Assembly (NCBI GenBank): GCA_030265395.1
Contig: JARFYF010000058.1
Location: forward strand, 21,498,655 to 21,562,654
From: Rhina ancylostomus
Taxonomy: Eukaryota
Direction of reading: 5' to 3'
Length of the DNA stretch: 64,000 bases
Program-made: the position numbers and the translations under genes
In this document: in pieces, positions 37,438 through 49,277 of the stretch
Layout: each line of letters starts with the position of its first letter
Numbering within the stretch: the stretch's first letter is position 1
Notes under the pieces: model-generated
The model's database searches: none
What the model saw: the letters and a program-made list of their open reading frames with translations, nothing else
What the model was told of the DNA's origin: nothing

Positions 37438-37638
37438 GAGAAACAAAGGACTGGAGATGCTGGAATCTAGATGACAGAGGCAATGATGCTGGAGAAACTC
37501 AGCAGGCAGGCGGCATCCGTGGAGAAATGCTGGCGGTCAACGTTTCAGGTCCTGCCCCCGAAACGTTGACCACCTGCTTTTCACCACGGATGCTGCCTGG
37601 CCTGCTGAGTTCCTCCAGCATCATGGTGTTTTTCATTT
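37438..37638. mobile_element. Fold-back element made of two inverted Penelope-like terminal repeats
   Basis: Arms 37483-37546 and 37560-37624 are reverse complements (6 mismatches, 1 indel), with a 13-nt loop. Sequence is related to the ends of the PLE at 48005-49277. Confidence 0.8.
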
Positions 37639-38208
37639 ATTTTCCTTGCTGGATGGAAAATTGCAAGAAAAACAAACTGACAATGCCTATGTCAATAACG
37701 TTTATGATTTTATTTCATAAATGCAAACAGACAGGATCCTTCCAAAATTGGTCTAAAAGTTCCAAAATAGCAACAAAGCAAAACCACTCAGAATGAATCT
37801 GAATGAGTTGAAAGTAATTTCAAATGTACTAACAGCACTAGTTTCTTTTATATATAGTAAGGCCTTTTGGTTCACAAAGATCTGATGAACAAGCCTCCAC
37901 TAGGTGAGTAATTGTGAAGACTGAATGTATTGACTTTTGGTGTGTTGTTCCCATATGCAATCAACCCTCCTGTGTACAGCTTGAGCAACACAGGCCCATA
38001 ATTCATTATAGAAGCTGAATATTGATAGTTGCATAAGTGTTCAAGAAAGGATATATTTAGACCAAGAATACCATAAACCACAGGAAAAATGGTTACTTTG
38101 CAGAATTTTCTCCCACAGATGTAGATGTTAATCCAGTTGCTTGTGAACATGATCCAAAAGCTGAAACAAGCACAACTTTCAATCAAAATTGATTTGGTGT
38201 TCTCTTTA

Positions 38209-39290
38209 TTCTTTGAGACGTGAGTATTGTTGGCAAGGCCAGCAGTTATTGCTCATTCCTAAATGTCTCAAGAGGATGGCGGTGAGCCACCTTGAACAGT
38301 GTTGCAGATTTTATGGTGAGGGTGCTCCCACGGTGCTGCTAGTGAGGACAAAGGAGTAACAATACTTTTCCAAGCCTGGCAGGTGGTCATCATCCCCCAT
38401 TCACTGCTGCCCTTGTTCTAGATGGTTGGGGTGGTGGAGAGGGGTGTGTGTAAGAAGCCCTCTGCGGCAATGCATCTTGTTGGTGGTCTCTGCAGCGATT
38501 GAATATTTTGAGTGATGGATTGGATGTCAATCAAGTAGACTGCTTTTTATTGAATAGCACTTAAATTATGGAGTGTTGCTGGAGTTGTATTCAGCCTGGC
38601 AAGTGGAGAGTATTCCTTACAAAGGTTTTGAGGAATCAAGTGGTGAACTACTGGTTTAGTAGGTGTAGCTTGCATTACCTGATCCAGTTCATAAGTATAC
38701 TTACCTCACTACCTCAGTAGTTATCGCAACACTATCACCACTTTGCACTATAATGGACTTCCTGTTTTTGTTTTAATTGTGTTCTTTGTTTTGTAATTTG
38801 GATAATTTATGTTTAATTTGTTTTTCTTGTGAATCTTCTGTATCTGATGCTGTGTGTCTCTGATGCTGCTGCAAGTTTTTCATTGCACCTGTGCATACAT
38901 GTATTTGTGCATATGACAATAAACTCAACTTCGACTTGACTTTGATTTTGACTTTGGCCTTTAATGGTCTGCTCGATGGTGGATCCCAAGATATTGACAT
39001 AAGAGATCTAGTGATGGTATTGAATGTCAAGGCAGGTGGCTCAAATCTTGTTCAAGGTGGATTTTGCCTGGTATTTGTGTGGCAGGAATGCTACTTATCA
39101 TTGACATCCCAAACCTGAATGTTGAACAGGCATGGATTGCTTTACCTGTGAATGGGATTGAACATTGTGTAGTTATTCCCTACATCTGATCTTTTAATAG
39201 ATGGAAGGTCATTGATGAAGCAGCTGTAGATGGTTGGGTCTAGGACATTGCTCAGGGAACTCCTGCAGTGATATCCTGCGGTACAGATGA
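38209..39290 (-). mobile_element. CR1-group (L2/Crack-like) LINE, RT to 3' end, interrupted at ~38690-38955
   Basis: Reverse of the 3' tail GCAATAA(C/A)TGCTGGCCTTGCCA (also at 40972-40993). Reverse translation QDITAGVP...VLDPTIYSCFINDL near 39205-39280. Confidence 0.8.
38715..38955 (+). mobile_element. Rex1/Babar-type LINE 3' UTR nested in the previous LINE
   Basis: T-rich UTR, TTTTTCATTGCAC...GTGCATATGACAATAAA, then a degenerate (GACTTT)n tail. Confidence 0.65.
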
Positions 39291-40139
39291 GTGACATCAT
39301 AATGTGTTTTTTCAGAATTGATTGAACTAAAAATGATATCTGAGAAAATATCTTTGAAAAGAAGGTATTCCATATAACGTGAGTAAATAAAAAACACTGG
39401 CCTAGTTTTTTTTAATTTACAAAATAGAAAAAAGAATAAAAATGGTTTAAATAGACAGGGAATCCATGCACTTTGAGATGTAAGTTTATCTGGAGGGAAG
39501 TCTATTTGTTTCTGCAAAATCTTGGTATCGTTTGGGAGTTGGGGATATTTTCTCAGATGTCATTTACAACTGAATGAGATCCACAAACTTAAATCTGTGC
39601 ACACTGATTACTGTCAGGCTGCAGGCTTAGATAAATGGGGGTTTAATAGGAAGGACAAAGGATATTTCCCAGTCTGTAATGGCTCGTGCTAATTCATCAC
39701 GTATGAGCATTCTTGGTTTAAGAGCTTGGCTGCATTCCACTGGACCCATCTCCTTGGTCACGAGCTGGATGTTGCAGCTGAATGTCTGCAGTCATTTGTT
39801 GAGTGACAAGATCACCTACCTCTGTGAATCAGCTCCAAAACTCGGCCAGTTCTGCTTTGGATTTTGATGAAAGACCTCTCAGCATTTTACTTAATGCATT
39901 TATTTTGAACTGGGGAAACTCCTGAGCTGATATCCTGCCGGATGATGAATGACAAAACCCTTTTTCCCATCATGGTTCTTGTACCTGCCCCATTGCATCT
40001 CCCCAACTCCCCCCTCTCCCTCCCCCCCCCCACTCCCAAACCCACACTGGATTTCTTATTGAAGCATATAAGGTTCTGTAAGGGTCTTGACAGTTTGGAT
40101 ATTGCTACCCTGAGAAACATTTGCCTCCAGTGGGATCAT

Positions 40140-41028
40140 GCAATAAAACCTGGGCAATATTCAGGCAGTGGCTGATAAGTGACAACTGCCAGGCAATGAC
40201 CATCTCCAGGCAGAGAGAGACTAATGGTCAACCCTTGACGTTCATTGACATTCCCATTGCAAACTCCCCCATCATCAGCATTCCAGGGCTCTCCATTGAC
40301 CAGAAACTCAACTGGACCAGCAACATAAATACTGTGACTATAGGAACAGGGAAAGAGACACCCTAAAATCTGTCCCTTACCTACAAGGAAGGAATCAGTA
40401 GAACATTAGAGCACAGAACAGACCCTTTGGCCCACAGTGTTGTGCTGACTTAGCTAATATCTCTGACCTACAGATTGCCCATATCCCTCCATTTTCTTCT
40501 CATTCATGTGCCCATCCAAGCCTTTAGTGTGATGGAATACTCTCCAGTTGCTGGGATGAGTGCAGGTCCAACAACAGTCAAAGTCTGACACTTTCCAGGA
40601 TAAAGCAGCCTGTCAGATTGGCATTCATCTGCCATTCTAAACCTTCATCCCCTCCACCACCCATGCACAGTGGCTGCATTCTTCATCATGTATAAAATTT
40701 ATTGCAGTTACTTTGACTGAACCTTCCAAGTCCACGATCCCGACCAGCATGAAGGATAAGGGCAGCAGGCACATGGGAACACCACCACCTACGTGTTCTC
40801 CTCCAAGTCACACTCCACCCTCCTTTGGAAATGTATCTCCTGTTCTTCATCGTCACTGAGTCTAGATCCTGGAATCCTTTATCCAGCAGTGCTATGGAAA
40901 CACCTTCACCAGAAGGACTGCAGCAGGTGAAGGATGGGACTTGGTACTACATTCAGGGAAATTATAAATGGGCAATAAATGCTGGCCTTGCCAGAAATGT
41001 CCATTTTTGAAAAATGAATAAGTAAAAC
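40140..41028 (+). mobile_element. CR1-group (L2/Crack-like) LINE 3' part
   Basis: CQAMTISRQRE..PLTF..IPIANSPIISIPGLSIDQKLNWTSNINTV and SVMEYSPVAGM; tail GGGCAATAAATGCTGGCCTTGCCAG. Confidence 0.85.
40399..40524 (-). mobile_element. HER1/CR1 3' tail nested in the L2/Crack-like LINE
   Basis: TAGAACATTAGAGCACAGAACAGACCCTTTGGCCCAC. The host LINE resumes at AGTGTGATGGAATACTCTCC. Confidence 0.8.
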
Positions 41029-41369
41029 CTGTATATTGATTAAGTGATAAATATTGGTCAGGATATCTGCGATGACTTCCCTGCCTTTCAAATATTGCCT
41101 TGGTAACTTTCATGCCTGCTTGACAGAGAAGTTTACACAATGGATTGGAGTCGCTTCTGATGAAGAGAGTAAACTAGCAGAAGAGACCAGAAATGTGCCA
41201 TTGCACCATTCATTATTTTCTCACCATTCATTCACTATTCAACGCACAAAATCACAGAGAAACCTGAAGTAAGCTCTCCACACCTGCAAAGCTCAGATTT
41301 CTAAAATTGTATCTGTAATTCTGTATCGTGGCATCCGGAGCGCGTGTTGTAACTGGGTGATGATATTGG

Positions 41370-41720
41370 AGTGCAGTCTGAGAAAATGCCTTACTGGGAA
41401 TTGTAATATGATATTTATCAGGCAAGGCTTAAATCAATGAGCTGTGAAAAAGGCTGAGGAAGCTAAATCTTTTAACTTGGAAATAATGAAGGCTAAAGGC
41501 AAGATGTGATCCAAATTATATAATCAGGAAAGGAATCAATGGACCAGAATGTCTTTGTGTTGTCAAGAAAATTGAATTAGGAGTTTTGATTGAACAACTG
41601 AAGAAACTGCTAAAGGTATTAGAATAAACAACTGTTCAACTCTTAACTGCTGGAATGAGGAGTGACAGGGTGAGAGTATTCAGAAAACAGATTTCTCATT
41701 CAATTGGTGAAGATGGGCTG
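41370..41720 (+). mobile_element. Ancient CR1 ORF2 C-terminal fragment
   Basis: RLRKLNLLTW...RLKA.CDP resembles RL..LNLFSLEKRRLRGDLI. Confidence 0.55.
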
Positions 41721-43649
41721 ACACCCTTAATGTGCTGCACTGAGTTATTAAAAGTATAATTGAATGTAATTTAACTTATTTTTGCATAATTAATCTTTCT
41801 TACATTGGTAATGTAGACAAATTCATATATTTCCTTCTTGTGAAAAATGAGAAGCTCAGAAGCTATCTTTTACAATGATTAAACATTTTTAACATAACGA
41901 TCAGATTGATAATTTTTCCATTTACATTTTTCTCAATGACGAAGCGATGGGATTGAATTTTCTGTGGTGTCTTTCAGTCTCTACCCTTCTCATCATTACC
42001 TTTCTCATTTTTTGTTGTCCATTCACAGAGTGTGAGCCTTAACTCAAACAAAACTGACTTGNNNNNNNNNNTTGTACTACTAGGTCTGAATATTCTGGAT
42101 TATACATTTCTGGCTTTAAGAATGGCCTAATTTCCCTCAGTTTCTCCCTTATTCACTCTTCAAGATACTGGAAATAGCTGGCATTTAAACTATTCATAAA
42201 GGTGATTCATTCCTGAAAGAGTTTACACAGCCATTCATATTCTTACAGTTCCTTTCTTTTAAACAGCCTCCCAGAACTGTTTCTCACCAAACTGTCTCCA
42301 TTTGTTAACAGTGGCAGGTCTTTGTACAGTAGTGCATCCCTCTTCTTTCAACTGTCTCCAACTGTCTTTCTGCATTTCTGCTTCCAGGTGCCTTTCCATT
42401 GTGGGGAGTAGGGCCCTACAAGCGATTACACTTGAGGACAGTTGGTTAGCCCTGGCGTAGGGCTATGTGGAAGGCCAGGATGCTCAAATAGGTCTCTGAC
42501 TGTCATGGTTTAGCCTTGTTCAGCAGTTCCTTGGCCTCTTTCACAGTGTTCTCCACCTTTGCATTTCTCTATCAAAAGTGAGGTGATCAAATTGCCCCTG
42601 AGAGAACCCGATAAGGCTGCCTGTTTAAACTGCCCATTATCAGTGATCGGCACTTCATGGATGACAAGCTATCCTGAGCTTGTACGTGACCAATGATGAA
42701 TGGTGTTCTCTAACTTCTGCCTTTAATTTCGGTTTTCACCAGTTGGACCCCTGTTGGCCAGCGAATGTTTCTAGCCCAGATCTGTGTACTCCAAACCTTG
42801 TATATTGGCATATTCTTTCTAAAATTAACTCTGCCTCATGAAGTTGGTGGACTCCAAAAAGGAATTCCTTCAAGTCTGTAGGCTTGCAATGACCTGTTGA
42901 CAATATGGTAAGATAGTGCTGAGGAGTTCTCCCTGCTCCTGGTTGCATGTGGAGTTGATAACTGAATTACTTTATTTATAGGAGGTTTGCAGTGTGCTGG
43001 TGCATCTAATGCATTCTGCAGGGTCTCATTTGAGGGTTTTCTGGTACTGTAGAACAGTCTTCCTTTGAAACCAAGGAAAAACCATAACATTTTTAATTTA
43101 GTTTGTCACAGCCAGCTCAGTGTTCAGTGTAAGCTCACCTTCAACCCCTGCACCTCAGAAACGTTATTTGCCTGCAAATCCAACATCTCAGGTGACTTTA
43201 TTTGCTCTGTTGTGTACTCTCTCAAACTGAGTCACGCAGCTCACTGCTTCTCAGCACATGTCCACTTGCTACTTTACAATCCTATTTTAGTATTCAATCA
43301 TGGCAACTCAGTCCCATGAATTCATTCACTGGTATTTCTGACACCATGTCTCAGTATCTCCTTATTAGCTCTCTAAAATACTGGAAATAATCATTTATAC
43401 TGTCAGTTACTTAAATAATCAAGCACATTACAGAACCAATCTGTACCCTTGTGGGTGCTTTATTTCAAGCAGCCTCCTCTGGAATTTCTTAGCACTAAGT
43501 CTTATTGCAATACTGGCTAGCAGCTTGTCATATGAAACAATCCCTAAAGGAGTGACAGCATTAAAGCAACAATTATAGTCCCTGGACAAATATTACATAC
43601 AACACAAATGTTATTGTAAGGAATGGTAATACTTCATTGTGTTGAATTG

Positions 43650-43850
43650 ATAGGATGCTGACCTTTATGTGAGATGCTAAAACAAGGCCATTTCTGCTTG
43701 TTCAGTTGCAGATTAAAGATCCATGGTACAGTTCAGGAACTCATCCCTGATCATCTTGATTAACCTCACTGTCAACATGCTCATATTATGGGTCATTAAG
43801 TTCATTGCTTTTACTTTTGCTTGCATTACTTGATCGTACATTCATCTACA
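43650..43850 (+). mobile_element. Old Deu-domain SINE fragment
   Basis: GTGAGATGCTAAAACAAGGCC...GCAGATTAAAGATCCATGGTAC resembles the Deu domain (GATGAGACGTTAAACCGAGGCC...GTAAAAGATCCCATGGCAC). Confidence 0.55.
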
Positions 43851-45399
43851 TGAAAAATACATTGAGGAATTTACTAAAGATCTTGTTACGGACTAACATC
43901 CTTAACAAAATAATATGCCCCAGACAATTCACAAGAATGTAATATGACAAGAAGTGACTTTCACCCAAAGAGAATAAAACATTGGTACAAATGACACAAT
44001 GTTTGGTTAAAGAGGTTTTTGTAGAGTATCTGAAAGGAAAAGGATTTGGGAAAGGCAGTGAGGTTTGGGAAGGTTATTTCAAAACTAAGGGCTAAGTGAG
44101 GGGTACACCAGAGCTAGGAATGTTCTTGGTAGATCGTAGGGCAAAAGGCATCAATGTAAGTCAGTGAGTGCAGTGCGGTTAGGTACAGGGATCAAAGGCT
44201 AACCTTGTTTCATCGATGTTGCTACCCTTGCTGTTACAAAGTACATTTTTCATAATCTGCTTATTCCCTTTACAACTGAAATGCAGTGCCTCCATAGGAG
44301 TCTCTGAGGGTGAGTATGAATGGAATCAGTGGACTGTTATTAACCTCTAAGGTTTTATAATAACCAAGAATGATTATGTTAAACAAGATGGGATAATCGT
44401 TTAATAACTAAAAACAAAATGCAATTGGTCTCAATTCTTGGGCTAGAGGTGGTTCATGCCACTGCTCCTAATCACTCCTGTATTATGTATTGCTTGCTCA
44501 ATAGTTTCTGACAGTCTGACTCCTCCTTGAAAAATCTTGAAGAGCTTCTGATTAATTTTAGTCGTATTTTTGGAAATTTTATATGCAAGATTTACACCAC
44601 AAGTGACTCTTTCCAAAACATACCGTCTGCCAAAATCATTGCTGTGAGCAGTGGCTCGGTCTTTGAAGGTCATTAGTTAGGAAACTTTTTTGGTGTTCTG
44701 TAATGATGCTGCATTAATTGAATTACCTACCCATCTGTCACTAACACAGAGGAAGCAATAAATGTCTAATTGTTATCTCATTTCTGCTCTTAATGAGGAC
44801 TGTGAGCATCTAGCACAAGAGAGAGGGCCTTAAGTGCCAATGAGATGAGCACCAGTACTCTGTGACACACAGACGAAGGTCCATCTTTCACAACCAGGAG
44901 TTATGAGTTTTTAATTCCCTGAAGAAAAGGGGGAACATTATTCAGGACATTAGGTTTCTTTTATCACTCATGGAAAATAAATAGAAATGCATTCATGTAT
45001 GACCACTGTTGTAACATCAGGAAGTAATTGTAATTTTTGTATACTGATGCCGGATTAAGAAGTTCTAAGTGCTAAAACATTATATAAAAATTCATGCAAA
45101 GGCAGAAATTGTTCTTCCTAACTTTGGGGCAAGGCACAGTTGTGGTTTAGAAATTCATTTGTTTAATGTGAGGTTTTATGTTCCATTTGCTGAAATTCTA
45201 TCAGAACCAATGTTTGATATGCTGATAACACGCTCCTAAATTTTAGTTTGGGGCTCTTTTGCGCATATGCGGGTCTACATGCTGCTATGCATCGTTTGAT
45301 GTCAATTGCACTATTTTTTTTCAGTGCATACAAGACATTGCAAAGAAACAGACCTTGCATATTGATCCAGGTGTCAAATGTGGAGGATTGGCACTGCTT

Positions 45400-45610
45400 C
45401 AGGGTTGGCTTATGGGAGATTCAAACCTCATGGTTCTTCAGTTTGGGCAGTAATGTCAAAGAAGTCTTGGCAAGATGGTGCAGTGCATTTAGTAGGCAGT
45501 ACACTCTGTACGCATGGAGTGTGTGAATNNNNNNNNNNCAAATGGTAAAAAAGCATTAAGGAGTCAGGAGGTGAGAGATTCCCTACAGGGTACCCAGATG
45601 CTGACCTTTA
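45400..45610 (-). mobile_element. L2/Crack-like LINE fragment
   Basis: GCAGTGCATTTAGTAGGCAGTACACTCTG and AAGGAGTCAGGAGGTGAG resemble the reverse of 40640-40710 and 51850-51860. Confidence 0.5.
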
Positions 45611-46089
45611 CCAGTCCTGATATGGATTAAAGTCTCTCATGGAACTACAGCAGGTAATTAAATTTTGGTTGAGTGCGTGATCAGAAAGTAGTCTGCCTTC
45701 TGATTTTCTTCTCCTGCTTGCCTGTCACCAGGTTCGGAGTGGAATGTTTTGCCATGGAGCTGCTGCTGGAAACTTGATTTTGAATGCTGGAGTTAAAAGC
45801 AGCCACTGTGACCAGGCTGAGTGACACTGTGTTCAGTGCTGCTGACCCGTGCTTATTGCTCACTCTACCTGAATGAAGAAAAAGAAACCAGAACTCAGGA
45901 GTGAAAAATCTGTCGTTGTCTCTCACTCTTTGTTCCCTTCTTCCCTGCTGTGTTGGACACACCTGCAGACTTCAAATTATTTCTGCAAATTTACCCTAAA
46001 CAATGAAATCTGAAACAATGGAATTTGACTTCATGTGATAACCCTTCTTAGTTTCCCACTTTTATAAACTGACACAATTATTTGGGTTA

Positions 46090-46400
46090 TAATTCTATCC
46101 ACTTTCCTAGATCGGTCCCATCCACTTGGTTTCTCACCACAATCCTCATTTTTTTCCAATTTAAATTGGGTCTAATTGTTTCTTGAACTTATTGATCTCA
46201 CCTGCTTCAACAAATCCTTCTTGTAACACATTCTGGGATTCCATCATCATCTACAAGAAGCATTTCCATCTGGATTACTAACACCATTCAAATTGAAATT
46301 TTGCAAATGTAAATGCAGAGTATAATTTCTTAGCCCAATCCTTGCTATTTTAGAAGTTAATTCATCTAATATGATCCAAACAACCAGAACTGCTTGGCAT
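46090..46400 (-). mobile_element. Ancient CR1 3' fragment
   Basis: TCTAATTGTTTCTTGAAC...CCTGCTTCAACAAATCC...ACATTC is the reverse of the WN.LP..VVEA....FKK.LD region. Confidence 0.5.
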
Positions 46401-46614
46401 GTTGTGACAGCAATTAGTGTTTTTTTTGTGTATGATACCGATGGCCACAGTTTAAGGGTTAGTTATCATGTCTGTGGCTGTTTCAAGTTTATGGGAACTC
46501 CATATTGTGCTCCAGCTGAACAAAAACAGGCGATATTTTAATTAGTTTTGGTTTCTGAGAACCAAGCAATTAAAATAACTGAATATCCAGTATGTATTCT
46601 TTAAATCTATCAAC

Positions 46615-47012
46615 CACTGGCTTATTAGAGTAGGACCATTACTCGTCACAACACCAGACTTCCAAATCAGATACCCCATTCCAAGCTCTGTAATGCAAAA
46701 GGTTACAAGAGGGACAGAGGAAATGGTTCAAGAGTGCTTGAAAAAAGTACCATTTCCACTGACTCCTGGGAATCCCTAACCTCTCTTTGCTCAGAGTAGA
46801 CAAGGACCATTCGGATGGCATTGAGAACCTTGACTCCCTTTAGGAGCTCAACATAAACAGGAAATATGCACAATCTTCCAAACGCCCTAACTTCCCACCC
46901 TTCTGCTCCATTTGTGGAAGGTCTCCAGTTCCCACAGTGGCCTCATCTACCACCTTGGAACCCGCAGAGCTGAGGGGAAGCAAGTCACTGCGATGCTGAG
47001 GGGACTGCCCCT
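46615..47012 (+). mobile_element. RTE (BovB-type) LINE 3' end
   Basis: NTRLPNQIPHSKL, GQRKWFK, ISTDSWESL and CSICGR; ends GAGGGGACTGCC. Homologous to 63461-64000. Confidence 0.8.
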
Positions 47013-48004
47013 TTGCTAACCTGAAGTCAATTATCGCCTTTTATTTGCCAACCATTTAATGAGTTAAATCTGATGACAGCACTTGTAAGAATGGTGAAGC
47101 ATTAAAATGTATCTTTCTATCCTTTCTGATCATTTCATGATTTTTAAAGACTGTAATGCATTTTTTGCCACTGTTAATTGTAGCCACCCCAGTGAAATTT
47201 TTAAGACATTTCAATTTTAAAGTAAAGGATGTGGAATTACTTGTCTGCCTGGTGCCAGAATCTGACAGCCACTTTTATGATGAGTTTGTACTGGACACGC
47301 CAAGGTACCTCTGACTAGTGAAGTGTCTCAGCACAGTGACAGGAAATGTTGCCATAAGGTCACTTGAAATTCCAGGGTGATTTTGTCAGTGCAATTGTCA
47401 GTCTGACAGGTGAAGGCAAGAGCAATTGTGATGTGACAATGAGAGTTTTCAGTGGAATGTGGTGCAGTTGCCTTTAGAGAGACATCTGAGATGAAGCATT
47501 ATGCGGTAAAGTAAGTCAGTCATTCCCATGGAGTACCTGCTGCTGCAGACATGGGAACTTGTGATTACGTTGTCCACTCAGAGGGAGATTTGAGCCCTTT
47601 AGTCGGATAAGTGGGACAAGTTCAGACAAAGTGAAAATATGTCAGGCTTTCAAATATAAAGATTCACTTAAAAGATTACCTTGAGTTTAGAGAACATGGT
47701 GCAGGGCAAGGACTGACAAATATATCTGGAGATGAGCAGACCTGGAAATACAGTGGTGGCTACAAATTTACTTGACAGAGTCAATGATGCTGATAGCCTG
47801 CAATTACTTGGAAAACCCTTCAATTCTATCAACTGTCTCTCTTGCTTTCTTTCCACTTGGTAAATTGATCTTGCTGTCAGGGTGCTCAACCAGAATTAGG
47901 AATACCATCCAATTCTTTCACTCCTGGGGAAAGCACACAGCTATGAATCTACTGTCCAATGTACCACACAGTTATTACTGGACAAAACTACTGAACTAAC
48001 TCTT

Positions 48005-49277
48005 GAACAATAAACTATCTGTTGGAGGAACTCAATGGGTCGAGTAGCACCTGTGGGGGTAGAGGGGGCGGTGGGGGCAGAAGGACATCAATGTTTTGGA
48101 TCGAAACCCTGCATCAGGACTGAAAATAGAGAGGGGAAATAGCCAGCATAAAGAGTGGAGGGTGAGTGGTGAGTCAGTAGATTGAGGTGATGGGGTGAAA
48201 GGTGACGGGCAGGTTGTGCCAGAGAGGGTGGGTGGTTGGTGATGGGAGGATGGAGCTTGGAGCCAGTGGCAGGTGAATGTTAGATGGATGCAGCCAAAGA
48301 AAGAGGAAAAAAAAAGAGAGGCGGATGGAGTGATGTAGGGGGAGGGGAGAGTGGAGGTTGGAGGCAGCTGCAGGAGGGTGATGCGCAGAAACCCAAAGGC
48401 TGCCAGTGCTGGAATCTGATAAGTAAAGGGGGTGAGAGTGGGAACCATTAGGGGAGAGNNNNNNNNNNNNNNNNNNNNNNNNNNNNNNNNNNNNNNNNNN
48501 NNNNNNNNNNNNNNNNNNNNNNNNNNNNNNNNNNNNNNNNNNNNNNNNNNNNNNNNNNNNNNNNNNNNNNNNNNNNNNNNNNNNNNNNNNNNNNNNNNNN
48601 NNNNNNNNNNNNNNNNNNNNNNNNNNNNNNNNNNNNNNNNNNNNNNNNNNNNNNNNNNNNNNNNNNNNNNNNNNNNNNNNNNNNNNNNNNNNNNNNNNNN
48701 NNNNNNNNNNNNNNNNNNNNNNNNNNNNNNNNNNNNNNNNNNNNNNNNNNNNNNNNNNNNNNNNNNNNNNNNNNNNNNNNNNNNNNNNNNNNNNNNNNNN
48801 NNNNNNNNNNNNNNNNNNNNNNNNNNNNNNNNNNNNNNNNNNNNNNNNNNNNNNNNNNNNNNNNNNNNNNNNNNNNNNNNNNNNNNNNNNNNNNNNNNNN
48901 NNNNNNNNCTACCCAGGGATCGAAACAGGCCTTCCAGGTGAGGCAAATATTCACGTTCACCTACTCCAACCTTGTCCACGGCATTCAGTGCTCCCAATGG
49001 GGCCTCCTCTATGTCAGCAGACTGGGTGCCCATTTTGCAGAGCGCCTACACTGAGTCTGCAATGGCCATCCTGCACTCCCAGTTCCATGCCATATCGCTT
49101 GCCCTTCCCACTTCCACACTGACCTGTCTGTCGTCAGCCTTCTCCATGGCCAGGATGAAGCCTAACGCAAACTAGAACAACGCCTCATATTCTGCTTGAG
49201 TGGTCTACAACCCAGTGGCGTGACCAGTGAGATTGTTGGTCCATATTCCAGCATCTGCAGCCTCTTGTGGCTCCACC
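48005..49277 (+). mobile_element. Penelope-like element: inverted terminal segment (48005-48458), gap, then GIY-YIG 3' part (48909-49277)
   Basis: TQGSKQAFQVRQIFTFTYSNLVHGIQCSQWGLLYV..RLGAHFAERL...RKLEQRLIFCLSGLQPSG; terminal TTCCAGCATCTGCAG. The left part is the terminal repeat in the opposite orientation, typical of PLEs. Confidence 0.88.

Noticed and set aside
39316-39364. 49-nt exon candidate LIELKMISEKISLKR
   Set aside because: Short pyrimidine tract, weak GTATTC donor, adjacent to a LINE end.
48055-48078. G-rich run with G-quadruplex potential (also C-runs at 20492, 33297, 40008)
   Set aside because: Low-complexity tracts, mostly in or near repeats; only three full G-tracts.
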